64,000 nt of DNA from the human T2T-CHM13v2.0 reference genome, Homo sapiens. Position 1 is the first letter of the stretch, and every line of letters begins with the position of its first letter. The DNA is taken from NCBI RefSeq assembly GCF_009914755.1, contig NC_060947.1; one strand, 5' to 3'. This document shows, one piece after another, positions 12,976-26,368 of the stretch. Made by a program: the position numbers and the translations under genes. Below the pieces are notes generated by a model that saw nothing but the letters and a program-made list of their open reading frames with translations, was not told the origin of the DNA and made no database searches.

Positions 12976-15900
12976 GAATCTGTGCATTCTTATACAATTC
13001 TATGCCCAAATTTCATATTCCTATCATCCTTTTCTATATCAGTAGCTCATTTTCAGAGGTAATGTTATTAGTGCTCTTCACTCTCATGGACAAATTAAGT
13101 CCAAATCAACACATACCAGACCTTCCTGAAGCTCTCAGCGGACACCCAACTTCGTGATCCTTGGTTTCGTGTGAAATTGCCTCCTCCTAAAGGCCAGACG
13201 GGAAATCAGGACTTGGAATAAGCACAGCTCTCCAGCTCTGCTCCTGCCTTGGCAATTTTGATATTTCACAAGAATTGCTGTGTTTTTTATAAGAATGATA
13301 AAAAGGCAGATATAAAGGCAAATATCAAGAAGACTTCTGGCTGACAAAAGCAGAATTTGGAGAGAAATGTGAAAATAGTGACTTACTTCAGCAACAGAGG
13401 GAGTATTTTTTATACTTTAGGTTTTTTTTTTTTTTGTAAAATCATGACTTTCTAGTAAATGACATCCTAGAAGATATTTATCAAAGCAGGAAAGCCGTGG
13501 AAAAGAGCACCTCGCATTCACTTTAATATTTTGCCTTTTCTTTTGACATTTTCTTGCCTAGAGATCTAATTCCATTAAATATGTACTTTTTTTGACTGGA
13601 AGTCTTCTTCGTGGATCTTTCAGATAAATCTTAAAAGTACATAAGGTCTGTAGGGCAGCTTTTTTTTAAGTGCAAATGAGACACACAATAGAATATTGTC
13701 TATGAGGGTTTCCAAATTATTTATACTCCTGCAGAAATTTACCTTGCGTTTTCTGTGATAATGATAAGGGAAAAGGTAAGATTCCAATATGCCTTCTGTG
13801 GAGCACTGTCAAACCATATTAGTCCTATTTAATATCTGACATGCAGGAATTTACTTTGGCTGATACCCACTTTGATTGGCTTTATTAGGCATTGTCAAGG
13901 CTGTAACTTTGTCTGATGGACAAGGTAAATAGAAGTGTAATCAAGTGTCAAGTTAGCAGCGCACTCGGTAATATTCCATCATGCCTTTGCAAAGGGACAT
14001 GGCTTCACTACTCTGCTTCACCATGACACTTCTCTAGGACTTTGGAGTGAACATGTTTGCTAAATTGGAAGATTACATTCCCACTGTGGTGAATTGGAAT
14101 GTCTCCTAGTAGACTTCCAAGCATATACTGTTGCATCCGTAATTTCTTCTGTTGCTTTTATTTATCATTCCCTATGCCTCCAACTATTTTTCTGCATTCA
14201 TATGAAATCAAACTCCCACCACAGGATTCACAAATGTAGGTTTTTAGAATGTCACATTTTATGGTTAGTCACTGTGGGAAACGGGCTACAGTTGAGGGGA
14301 CCCAAAGTTGGAGTTGAGGGTAGGAGTAATCCAGATTTGGGTTATGCTCTGCAGCAGAACTACTACTTCATTACTACATATCTTCTAGGTGTGATCTTTT
14401 CAGTACGTAAGAGCTTCAGTATATCAAGGGAAAATGCAAAGTCATTGAATAAAGTGAGTAGGAGCACTGAGAAGCTACGGCAGGGCTGAAATACTCAGGT
14501 TAATATGTGACATTACTCAGAGGCTCAGTAATGCAGTGCAGGCTCCAGCCTTCTCCTGCAAACCAGCTCAACTGATGGCTGCCGGCTAGGCTGGTAGTCC
14601 TATGGGTCCTATGGGATAGGAGAGGAGACCACAGTTAAGAATAGTTTTTCCTTTGCATTATAAAGGCAGGAAAAAAGTCTGTGATTATAAGGTTCTCTGC
14701 TTCCAAATGATCCATCTAAAAACTATGAGAATAGACATTAGAAAGACAAATATGAGGACCCAGAAGAAAGAAGAAAAGAAAGGGAAATAAAGAAAATCTT
14801 CTAGCCCTAAACACAACTAAATCATATCTCCAGTCCACCTTAGACCTCTGGTTTGTTAAAAACAACTTTGCATGAGAAGAGTTGATTCATTTTTCCCCCA
14901 TATATATCTTACAGCTTTGGGTCATCTCTGGTCATTAGATAATTGTAGTAGCTTTACACAACTAATTTTTCTATTGCCAAAGACAAAGATGTGTTGGAAT
15001 TTTTGCATGGTGGAGGAGATAGTGGGAATGAAGGAAGAGTGCAAAATATGTTGCCTTTGCAAAATTGTCATCGAAAGGATAGCCAGAACATAAATGATAC
15101 TGTTTTGGCTTCAAAAGGGTAAGCAGGTGTCTTCAAAGTCCCAAATGAGCTGTGTACAAGCTTGTACAAACAAGCGCAGAATCAGGCCTGTTTGTTATTC
15201 ACACAAACAGAGTGTAAACCATGTGAATTCCACAGTTCCCAGGATTCAGATGGTGCACAATGGTCCATAATGAGCAGCACCTGTGCTTACCTCAATTACC
15301 AGACAGTTCTCAACAGCAGCAGAAAGGGCTCACTAGAATTGTTTTTCAATAATAGATTTAGTTATGTCTTTCATAATTGGATTCAAAAGCTCAAAATTTC
15401 ATTTTGCAACTTGTTCATAAAATTTGTATGAAAAAGTCTGGCATTTATTCAAAAGAAATAGTCTATGAAGAAAAAATTGCAAAACAGCCAACCGCTGGTA
15501 ACTAAGCAGCCAAATTATAGTCCAAGCACTTGGCAAATACACCGTCTTTTTATTATTTCAGTAATTGAATTTCTGTTAAAGCATGGAGCATAATTTAACA
15601 TGAGGAATTTATTTATAGTACAATAGTGTTTCAGTAATAAATGCATTATGATTGTCACTTTTAATGGAGTCTTATGTATTCCCTCTGAGACTGTGTGGCA
15701 GACTTTGAGACAGCCACTGCACCAGTGTTGTTTGTAGACAATTGAATTAATTGGAGACATGGTCATTAACTCGACCTGAATACCTCTGATTGCTTCTGTA
15801 AATAAGGTTAGAGAGCAAATGGCTAATCTTCGTTGTCATTATAGATTCCTCTTACATTTTCACACTGCCTTGTATATTAAGATCATTTTGCTAAGCAGCT

Positions 15901-18900
15901 TTTGAGACTCTCCTTATATTTACAGTATTGTCTTGCGTGGCACATAACCATAATTGTATCAGACTTATATTACATTCTCCATATCTTTATAAAGCACGAT
16001 ACTAAAAAAGAACCTATGTTGAATCACAACTCATAAAAACCATCAGACCAATAAATGAATAAACCACAGTGTATAAACCATCGTATTAAAGGAAAGTAAA
16101 ACCACACCGCAAAAGTTGCTTTGGTCTCCTCTTACAGATCCTCTTAACACAGGATGGCCTCCCAAAGATGCAATCACTAAAGAAAGAGCACAACAAGGAA
16201 AGCATTGATTAAAATATCTTTATGTTTCAGTTGATGTCATGCCCTTTCTTGCCCTTCTGTAACAACATTAGTAACATGCAAATCACAGGAGGTTAGGTTC
16301 TTTCTCCTTGTTCATTCTAGAATGGAGTTACATAAGAACTATTTCAAATACAGATATTAAAAACTTTTGAATATTTGACTTACCATGTTATTTTTGTAGC
16401 TTCATCCTGTTATAGGTATGCAAGATATTTAGAGGGGATTTGGAGAAAAAAAATCTTCTCCCTTTATGACTCAAATAATTCAAAAAGTGCATATACTGGA
16501 AACATCTCTAAAAATGGACTTTCCAGTCATTTTATAATTCAGACATATTATAAAGGACCATTAAAACTGTACAGCATTATGTTGAATAATGAGACATTTA
16601 CAAGTAGGATACCACAAAGAGATGAAAAAGAAGGAAGAGGAGGAGCAGGAGGAGGAGGAAGACAAGAAAGAGGAAGGAGGAAAGAAAAATAATTCTGTGC
16701 TTTTATTTTTCCCTTGGCAAGACTGAAATATACTGAATATATAAAAACGATCATTTATACTAGCTCTGTATAAATTATCTATACTACTAGAAGAGTAGAT
16801 CACTTCCTCATTGTTGTACCAAGCCACTGGAAGCCTATCAGTTTTCATGAGTTCCATGCCTAACTGAAAGTGTTGACATTTTCTTTGGATATTAAATGGG
16901 TCATGCCCAAAAGAGAAAAATAACGACCATTTCAATTATTTCAGACTTTTTGCCTTTATATATTCTTATTTTAACACTAATCTTTGTGTATATGATGGAA
17001 ATGTTACATTTGACTCTCATACATATGAATGTGCATATGTGTATGCTAGTAATCATGGCTAGAACCCAAATGTGGGTTGTTGTATATACATTGGCTGGCA
17101 GCAATATCATTTTTAATAAATGACTAATGGCCAACATGTGCTGCAGAAGTCAACATTTCTGTCCTTAGCCAGCTAATAGTAACATTATTTTTAAATTAAT
17201 GTTATGCACACCATTTGAAGGATGACACTTCTCCCAATGTTTTCACTTCTTAGCCAGCCATCTCAATTAGTGCTGAAATGATTCTACTTTCTTGGTATTA
17301 GCCATCTTGGATTTTAACCAACAGGTGTACACACTCTCACATATACACTCACTCAAATGCAGACTGGCACACGTGCATTCATACATACATACATACACAC
17401 ACATTCATCCATTCATGAGGCGCAGGTATATATACACATGCACACACATATTATCTCTTGTTTAAACACCTTGAATTTAGGCACAGTTACCTGAAATGAG
17501 TATTGAAATATAATTATAGTGAAAGGGAACATTTTGGCATATAACCTTTCTGGAAAATATCTCTCTGCCAGTGTTTTCCCCAAGTTTCTAACTGGCACAG
17601 TAACATACCCAGGTTTTGTCATTAAGAAGCTGTAGTAGTATGGGACTCACAGAAACTGCACTGGATTTTGAGATGTTGATACCATCAGACTAGAAATTAC
17701 TCTCATCTCACTAAAAGTACATGTCTCCCATGCTTTGCAAGTGAGAATATTTTGTTTATTTGTTTGTTTTGGACATTTAAACCCCACCCCCCAAGTTGTC
17801 AAAGCCTTGTCTACACTATAATCCCTAAGATGTGCATTTGTTTGAATTTAGTAGGTAGGGACCCTGTAGCATTGTGATTTGCTGTTGACATACTAAAAGG
17901 GGATATGATGTAACCTTCAGAAAATGCAGATTTCTAGATTTTTCTGATGAAGTGGTTGACCACAAATGTAATCTGCTTAACCCCAGAAGGTATTTTAATT
18001 CCTGTTTTAAATCCATTTTATTCTAAATTCTTCCTTCTTTGAAATTGCTAAATTTCCTAAATCCCTCTTAATAACAAAACCAAACATCCTGACCTTATTA
18101 CCACCTGCCTGTTTGTCATCATCACAGGTCCTGCCAGTTCTTGGTGAAATGCCTAAGTTTGTTTCCATTTCTTTCTATGTCAGCATTTAATAGACTCTGT
18201 GTTCATTTGTAACTCAGGATTGTCATTCCTCTTGCTATTGATCTAGTTGTAAGCCCTGCCATTCCACATACAGGAGTCAGTGTTGAGTAAGGCTGCCTGT
18301 CCTCAGCTATCTTATCACTAGTGGCCATGTACAGACTTCCTCTTGACGTCAAAGGCAAGTTGGGTACAATATCAAATGAGTTCCCCTAACATGAGGAAAT
18401 TGTGTTCCTCTTTTCTTCTCCCATTTGCACTTGGCCTCCTTCAATTTAACATTGATGAGAAGGGAGACTATTAGCTAGAAGGTAAGATTTTCAGGCAGAC
18501 TAAAGATCTAGTATTTCCTATGCTGTCATTCAAAATAACAGGCATAAGAACTTCTGTTTAAAATAGCTGGGCTTTTTGACTAGAGGGCTTTTGTGTAGAA
18601 GATTTAAGATGTCAGCTTTAAATATGACATTGATAGTCTTTGGCAAAGAATGGGAGTGAATTTTTGTAGAAACTGCCTTTTTTTCTGATTGTTTATTAAT
18701 GGTCTTTGTGATTTATAGTAAATGCTGGGGAGGATTTCCAGGCCCATTTATCATGAGAAGGGAACACCTTCTTGTTCTTAATGTGAGTGTGTCATAATTA
18801 GCAATGCATGTGGGCCAGGAGATTTAACTCTGCCTTTTCTGAAAGTCCTTCAACCTCATATTTAATCCCAAACTGACTGAATATTTTTTCTTCTTTAAGG

Positions 18901-20095
18901 AAATTAATTATGCCACTGGAAAAATCATCAACTAGAGAGGGAGTTGATAACAGGCACAATGTAGGCTGGGTTGGCTAATGTATCAAAATGACATGATTAG
19001 AGTAACTCACATCTTAGACAAATTGGAATAATGGAGTCATCATTCTAATTAAAAACAGGAAGGTCTGTTTGTATGTAGCATTCATTTTCAGTAAGAACCA
19101 CACCATTTGTTTTTCATGTTCATGCATGTTTGTACACTCTGCGACCCATCAATGGTTGTTGCTCTAAATACCAATTACATTAAAAATATCCATCCAGATA
19201 CTTTGCATTTTGTCAATGAAACTGAAGCTGAAGAAGGAGTTGGGCACTGTGTCATATGGCCAGCATCCATAGAGGCAGTTGAAAGGTTACAAATCCATCA
19301 TCATGCAACCTATTTGCCTGATTATTTTCATCAAATTAACTTATGCTTCATGATGTTTTTGTGTTCCATAGGCTGGCCTAAGTACTGGCTTCTGTTGATA
19401 ACCAGTAACACATACACATTTCACAGTTAAGTATTGTTCTTTACCAGGTGACTCTGTTTGTGCTTCATTTCTATATATTATAAAGCCATCTGAAGTATTT
19501 TCTTATAACAAGAAAATTATATACAATTTATCATGCCGGTCACCCTGGGATATGCAAAATGACTTTACATTCTGGTCCCTGCCATCAAGGAATGTACAAT
19601 TTAGTGGTGCAGGTTAGCACAACGAAATAAAATCATCTGAGATTAATGAAGTGATAAACTGTGATGCAAAACAGGGAGATATCTGTAAGAATTAAAAAGT
19701 CATTAGCGATGACTTCATATTATTTGAATTTGAGCTTGAAAGATAAAGATTTAACCAAGCAGAAGAGAGGGGAAACGTGCCACTGTAGATAGAGCAAACA
19801 GGATAAGCAAAGGCATGGAGGCAATGTGGGAGCAGAGAGGAGACAAAAGTCGCATTTCTGTTGGGAATAACAATCAGAAATAAAACTGACACTAAGGTAG
19901 GGTGTTGATAGAGATCTAACTCTGAAAACCTTATAGCAAAGAGTGTATATATCTGCCAGAAAGTCATTGTGAATTCTGAAATAGAGAGATCTCATGATAC
20001 AACATATTGTCACAGAGGGTGAGTATAAAAGAGCAAAGCTTTTAGTTCACCAGGGAATGAGGTCAAGGCAAGTAAGAAAAGAACATTGGATTTGC

Positions 20096-20469
<374 letters not shown>

Positions 20470-22341
20470 TTAGTAGCCAAAAGAGTTTCAAAGCCTAATT
20501 ACTAGGCCTGAAGAAGTTTCCAGTGGTGAGGAAGTGGAACCAATAAGTGTTGACTTTGACCACATCTTTAAGACATTTTCATGGTGGAAGACAGTCAGTG
20601 ACTTTTTCCTGATTAGGAATGTATGGGCTAGTCTGGGTGACCACCCAGCAGGGCTGTCTGTACATCATCCACTTCTCTTGGCAATATGTTGTGTTGCTGC
20701 CTTGTGAGGGTTAGATACAGCAATTTTGCAAGTTACAGTTTTTGCCATTCACTTAGATTTCTGATGATCGTGTTTACAATACAATTATGAAGTAAGATTC
20801 ATTCAGTAAGGAAACTATATGACTTTTATTTCAGAAATTGCGTATGTGACTTTGAATAGGCTGACTGCAACAAGGTTTTCCTAGCACACAGCGTTGGTGT
20901 CCTTCAGTGTTTTCAGCACCAAATTCTTACAACCAGATTCATTAGGTCAGCTGAAGAAAACTTTTTGGATTAATTTTGAGTCTTATTGCTTTCTGAGATG
21001 ATTAGAAAGATGAGTTTTGTAGTGGGTTTTGATTGTTCTCATTGCCTCTAGCTTGACAGTGTTTAGTCGATGGTCACAGTAGCCTAGTGAATAGGTATCC
21101 TTCGATAACTGTTCCTTCTACCTTCTAGTGTTCTTGTGGCAATCAAATCATGGGAGTTAACTTGCTTGAAAACTATCAAGTGCTCTGCACTTAAAAGTAT
21201 TCTGATCTTATTGATCCAATGATGATGATATCCTCTTGGAACCATAGAGTCACAGAGCAATAGGGATGTTAAGTGCCTACCCAAAGGCAGAGGATATGTC
21301 TGTGGACAGTCCTCCCTGAGATTTATAGAGAAGACTTCTTTGTGGCTTTACTCTAGGGTGTATTAAGCACACTAAGCATTTTACAGAATATGTGGTTGAT
21401 AAAGCCTCTGGTCTTAGAAGCTTACCTTCTAAATCAAGTGTCTGTGATACATCAGGTAACAGATCAGACATGAAGGGAAGCAGACAATACTGATAAGGAG
21501 AATGGCATTGACCAACATCACAAAAGAGATGTAGTCTAAGGAGAGATTGGAAGAGCAATGCCCACTTCCCAAATTGAGCAGCAGGTCTAAGTACATTGAG
21601 TAATAGGAAAGAAGACATAAAGCACGGAAAAAGGCGGAGGCTTATGCTAAGCCACTGTGAGACTATCTTCAGGAAGACCTGTGCCTGTCTAAGCATGCTT
21701 TGTACTTTCCTAGGGAATTCAGCCCGCCATCTGCCTGGGTTCTCCTGACAAGCAGTTGGGCCCCATCTCCGGGCCAGCTTTTGGAACACAGTGGAGGAGA
21801 TTCCTCCATGGAAGCAGTTTCTGGGTTTAAGACACCCAGTGGAAGTACACAGCCTGCTCCACCTACGATTTGTAACTGATATGATTCCTTGTGGGAAGGT
21901 CTTGACCTTGTTGTAGACTCCTGGAGGCTGGCCCTTTCTGGGTTTCTTGTGAATGCAAGCTGCCACTCAATCATTCATTCTCAGCTTTGCAGAGGCCAGA
22001 GCTCACGGGAGTCAGTGTTCACATCCACTTGCCCGCCTTTCTTCTCTCCTTTGCTCCCATTTTTAAAAATGGGCTTTAAAGGCAAAAGGTACAAAAATAC
22101 TTGGCTTTATATGATTTTTTTCCCACCTGTTTGGCTGTTTGATTGAAACAGCTCTGTCTCATGCCAGAAAAGTCAGTGTGATTTTTTAAATTATTTCCAT
22201 AGAAACCGAAATATCAGCTTATTCTTCCATATGCAAATTGCAATGCTTTGAAGACATAATGGTCCATTAGCCAACGTTGGCCAGTCTTACTGGGAACATG
22301 CTGACATCCTCCATAGTGTCACCTCACCATGTACCATGGTG

Positions 22342-22401
22342 AGGTTGAATCCAGGTGCCTTTTTTTCATTCAGGTTGAATCCAGGTGCCTTTTTTTCATT
22401 C
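22342..22401. repeat. Perfect 2x30-bp tandem duplication
   Basis: Identical 30-bp units beginning aggttgaatccaggtgcc at 22342-22371 and 22372-22401. Confidence 0.95.
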
Positions 22402-23074
22402 CTTTGAAATTGCAATATTGAAGTTAATCTCATAGTATCCTTAAAACTATTTTTCAACTTGATATGGTTTGGTGCTACATCTCCGTATTCTCAGCTGTAA
22501 ACTGGAAGTAGTAAGAGTATCTAATTTATCGTGTTGTGGTGCAAATTAAGGGAGAAACTGCAGGGAAAGTGCTCAGTAGCCCAGTTCCTGGCATATAATG
22601 AACACTAGCACTACCAGGATGAATTATGCCCTGGATCCCCACTACGGCCATGGATATAGCCTGCTATGACCCTGACCCTTGGCTTGGGCAGTGGCAAGCC
22701 ACCTTTGAACGTCATTAGTGATCCATAGGACGTGCTCACAGGAAAGAAACATACATTAAGTGAACTGCTGGTGTGGGCAAGTAGGTTCAGGAAAGTGGTA
22801 AACTGATATCCCAGCTTATCAGAAGGAATCTGATAGAAATTGTTCAGGAACAATTGCCTAAAGAAAGCTTAAATTTCACCAAGTCAGATTAAAAATGATA
22901 CAAGGTAGTCAACTTTCTCTGTTGCTAAAGGAGGACAGAATAATTATGAAAAAGTGAAATTCACAGTTCACCTTAAAATTGGGTTTTAGCCTTTAGTTTC
23001 AAATTCGTAACTCACCAACTTCTTTTTCTCCCAGTGGCTCCCATCTGAATAGCCCCATGTAGATATTAGCCTTG

Positions 23075-23231
23075 CCATGCTCAATGTGGTCCACTGGGAG
23101 TTATCTGCATCACCTGTGATTATATTGGAACTGCAGAACTCAGACCTTGCCCTAGGCCTACCTAATTAGAATCTGCAGGTTAATAAGATCTCCAGGTGAT
23201 TCCTATGCACATTAAATTTGGAGAAGCATGG
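23075..23231. mobile_element. MER5-type hAT-Charlie MITE
   Basis: agaatctgcaggttaataagatctccaggtgattcctatgcacattaaatttggagaagc. Confidence 0.75.
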
Positions 23232-23269
23232 GTTTGTGAGTTTCCTCACCTAAATTACCTCATCCAGCC

Positions 23270-23425
23270 CTCTTAAAAACCTATGTGATATATTATCCCC
23301 ATTTTACAGGTAAGGAAACTGAGACCCTTATGTTAAGTGCCTAGCCTAAGGTCATACACTGATGAAGTATCCAAGGTGACACTCAAAAGCAGATCATCTG
23401 ACTTCCAACCCTATGCTCTTCCCAT
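23270..23425 (-). mobile_element. MIR (antisense)
   Basis: tattatccccattttacaggtaaggaaactgag...aagtgcctagcctaaggtcatac. Confidence 0.75.
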
Positions 23426-23989
23426 TGTACTAAAACTGACTCTTTAAAACCAGTAAGGAAAATGCAGCTGTCTAGATATGTGGCAGTGGATTGAAAATGG
23501 GAGACGGGGCACAGGTAGGAAAAGAAGAGGCCAAGTGCCTGAGTCTGGTCAATCTACAGAAAGGACAACCAAGCCCTGATTAGTTGTGAGTCAAACATGG
23601 TGCTGAAAAGCCATTGCCAAAATCACTCATAATTATCATCTCAGAAAGGAAGTAGGGGTTGAGTAAGTTAGAAGAAATAGGAACCAACAGCTGGTGATCG
23701 AAAAATGTAAAAAGCCGGTCATTTACAGTTATCATAAAAGTTCCAAACGGTCTGTTTGCAGCCTCTCTGGAAGATGTAACCTCTCATTGCACCATTGATG
23801 TGGCATTAATCTACTAGCGTCTTTTTACTCAGAGATCTGCTTCCCAGCACGTCATTTAGCCATCAAGGTTCCCTTCCCAGGGTGGGCTTATATGTTTGGA
23901 CTTCTCTGAAGGGAAACTAAATTTTACAAACAAAAGAAAATCTGTTCAGGTGTAAGAGGGTGCACTCAGAATTTTAATTATTTGGATCT

Positions 23990-24570
23990 TGTATTACCTT
24001 CCTATTGCTGCCGTGACAAATTACCTCAAACTTAGTGCTTTAAAACAACACACATTTGTTATCCTAGAGTTCTGGAGGTCAAAAGTCAGATGTGGGTCTC
24101 ACATGGTTAAAATCAAGGTGGCAGCATGGCTGCATTCCTTTCTGAAGGTTCTAAGGAACAAACTGTTTCCTACTCAAGTAAGTTATTAGCAGAATTCAAT
24201 TCCTTGTGGTTATAGGACAGAACTCTCCATTGTCTTGCTGGCTGTTAACTGAGGGCCAGTTCCAGCTTCTAGAGGCTGCCACATTCCTTGACTTTTGGCC
24301 TCCTTCGTCCATCTTCAAACACCAGCATAGCAGGTCAAGTCTTTCTCACATGGCATCACTCTGGCCTCCTCTTCTGCCTCCCTCTTTTACTTGTAAGGAT
24401 CCCCGTGATTACACTGGGCCCACTTGGATAATCCAGGATAATCTCCCCATCTCAAGATCCTTAATATTTACATATGTGAAATCTCCTTGGCTATATAAAG
24501 TAACATATTCAGAAGTTCTATGGATCAGGTTATGGACATCTTTGGGTCAGTCATTACTCCATCAACCACA
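23990..24570 (-). mobile_element. MLT1-family (ERVL-MaLR) solo LTR
   Basis: Starts tgtatta...ttgctgccgtgacaaattacc...ttaaaacaaca, contains ggataatccaggataatctccccatctcaagatccttaa, ends ccaca. Confidence 0.88.
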
Positions 24571-26011
24571 GATCACTTCAGTCATTCAGGGCTTTAAGCA
24601 ATGTCATGTATAGTAACTTGTCTGAGAAAATGAATAGGAATGAATAGGTGTGGACCTCCTTATTACTCTTTGCAAGTAAATTGAGGCGGCTCTATTTCAA
24701 ACATCAGGATGAGATAACAGGACAAACATCCTAGTGTATACATGTTAGGCAAAGACAATCTTTTTATGAAGTTATATCAGGGTGTGGCCCAGATCACAAC
24801 TGGACCATAATCGACTGTCTGCTCATCAATAGCATCAGAGAATTAGCAGAAAATATATTTGATTGTGACTTGCTTGTGATGATATTGGGATATGAATTAT
24901 TTTATTTTCAAATTGTGCTCAGGGGGCATCCCAAGGAGGTAGGGAAGCTGCTGGGGACATAGGCTCCCTCCCCTCTCCACATCCCTTGTTTCTTTTTTCC
25001 ACCACAGCAATTCTGTTTTTATCGGTTTTATATATTATTCTTCTGTGTACACTTTCTATTGCTTTCTATTTCTGCATACACTATTTGTTGCAGAAATGGG
25101 CTAAGTGGATTTTCAGGGGACAGGGGAGATGGGGGAAGATTTCAAAACTGCTGACACAGACAAAATGGAATCTTCCCAGTCTCTAGCTAGAATAAGTTCA
25201 GGGTTCAGAGTGTCTGCCTCTGGTGGCCTAATGTGATGAGGCAGGCATAATGCTCCAGTTCTGGAACCCAGAGTTCAGAGACAAAAACGAAGGAGGAAGG
25301 AAGATAAGATCAGCTGCGGATGTTGATTCCTTTGCCTGAAGTTCATCTGATTACAGCTTAATGATGAAATCAAATATGAAACCATTCTAAATTACCTAAT
25401 AGACATTTTATCCCAGTAAAACTGGAACACAGTCAAGCTGATGAAATTCATGCAAGTCTTAACTGAAGAGGAGAGTTTCATGTAGGACTCTCCCATTAAA
25501 CATGTCTTGCTCCATGTCTTTGGCAAGTTCTGGGCCTTGTGAAATGTGTTGCCAAGATCAATATGTGGACTTGCTTATAGAATCCTCCCATGTACATTTC
25601 CTATACATAGTCTGGATGCCCACACAGCTTGTTGGAGCAGAATGGCCAATTCATCATCTCTGTTTATCTCCAGAGAAAGGGATTTACAGTTAAATTAGAA
25701 TTAGAATCAAACAGCACTGGTGCAGGTGTTTGGCTTTCTGGAGGCTGTTAATCTGAATTAGTAAAAAGTCTGACTTATAAAATAGCCTACAGAAGTGCAG
25801 TTTTAATCCTGTGAGGTTTATACAATAACCCTGTGACTGATAGAGTACTGTAGAGACAGGACATTCCTAGACTTGCCTTAAGGAGCAGATTGGATTGCAC
25901 AAATGCCTCCTCACATGTTTCTCATAAAGTCCATAAACAGCCTCACTTAAAATCCCCAATACACTTTAGGTTCATAAGGATTATAATCTTTGAATTGGAA
26001 GACACCTTAAA

Positions 26012-26368
26012 TTTTGTGGGTAGTGGGGCCAGTGGTGCAAGTGGTAAAGGAATTTACCAATACAGTTGTAGGTAAAGAAAGGAAGATTTATTAAAGTATG
26101 AAAATATGTTGCAAGTTTGCAACAGCAGAGAAGGGGCTGTCTGCAAAGAGGCAGGGGCTGGAGGGAAATTTTACAGGGTCATGCTGGAGGGGGCTATGTG
26201 CAGAATGAGGTCATTTTGCCCATGAAACAGGATCATTGTGCCTGTGGAATGAGGTCACTGTTTGGGATTAGCCATCTCTCAGAACAATTGTTCATTGTTC
26301 TTCCCCACCTGGGCCCTCCTACACCTGGGGCCCCTTCCTCATTTTTGCTTACTTATCAGGACTCCATA
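26012..26368 (-). mobile_element. Solo LTR (ERVL-like, possibly LTR47-like) inserted in an old MIR/L3-like repeat
   Basis: Minus-strand start TATGGAGTCCTGATAAGTAAGC and minus-strand AATAAA. Near-TSD ttaaa/ctaaa. Flanks rejoin as ggaagacaccttaaagatcatccaacccc. Family name uncertain. Confidence 0.6.

Noticed and set aside
21277-21966. 229-aa minus-strand ORF
   Set aside because: No recognisable domain or splice structure; consistent with a chance intronic ORF, possibly in decayed repeat sequence.
22342-22401. 30-bp direct repeats as a CRISPR-like array
   Set aside because: Only two adjacent copies with no spacer, in mammalian DNA.
24206-24613. 135-aa ORF, and similar Alu/L2-derived ORFs elsewhere
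   Set aside because: Translations of MLT1, Alu or L2 sequence; common artefacts.
25211-25230. CTCF-like ggccaccagaggcag on the minus strand
   Set aside because: One base short in the RKGGC core, so the spacing is broken.
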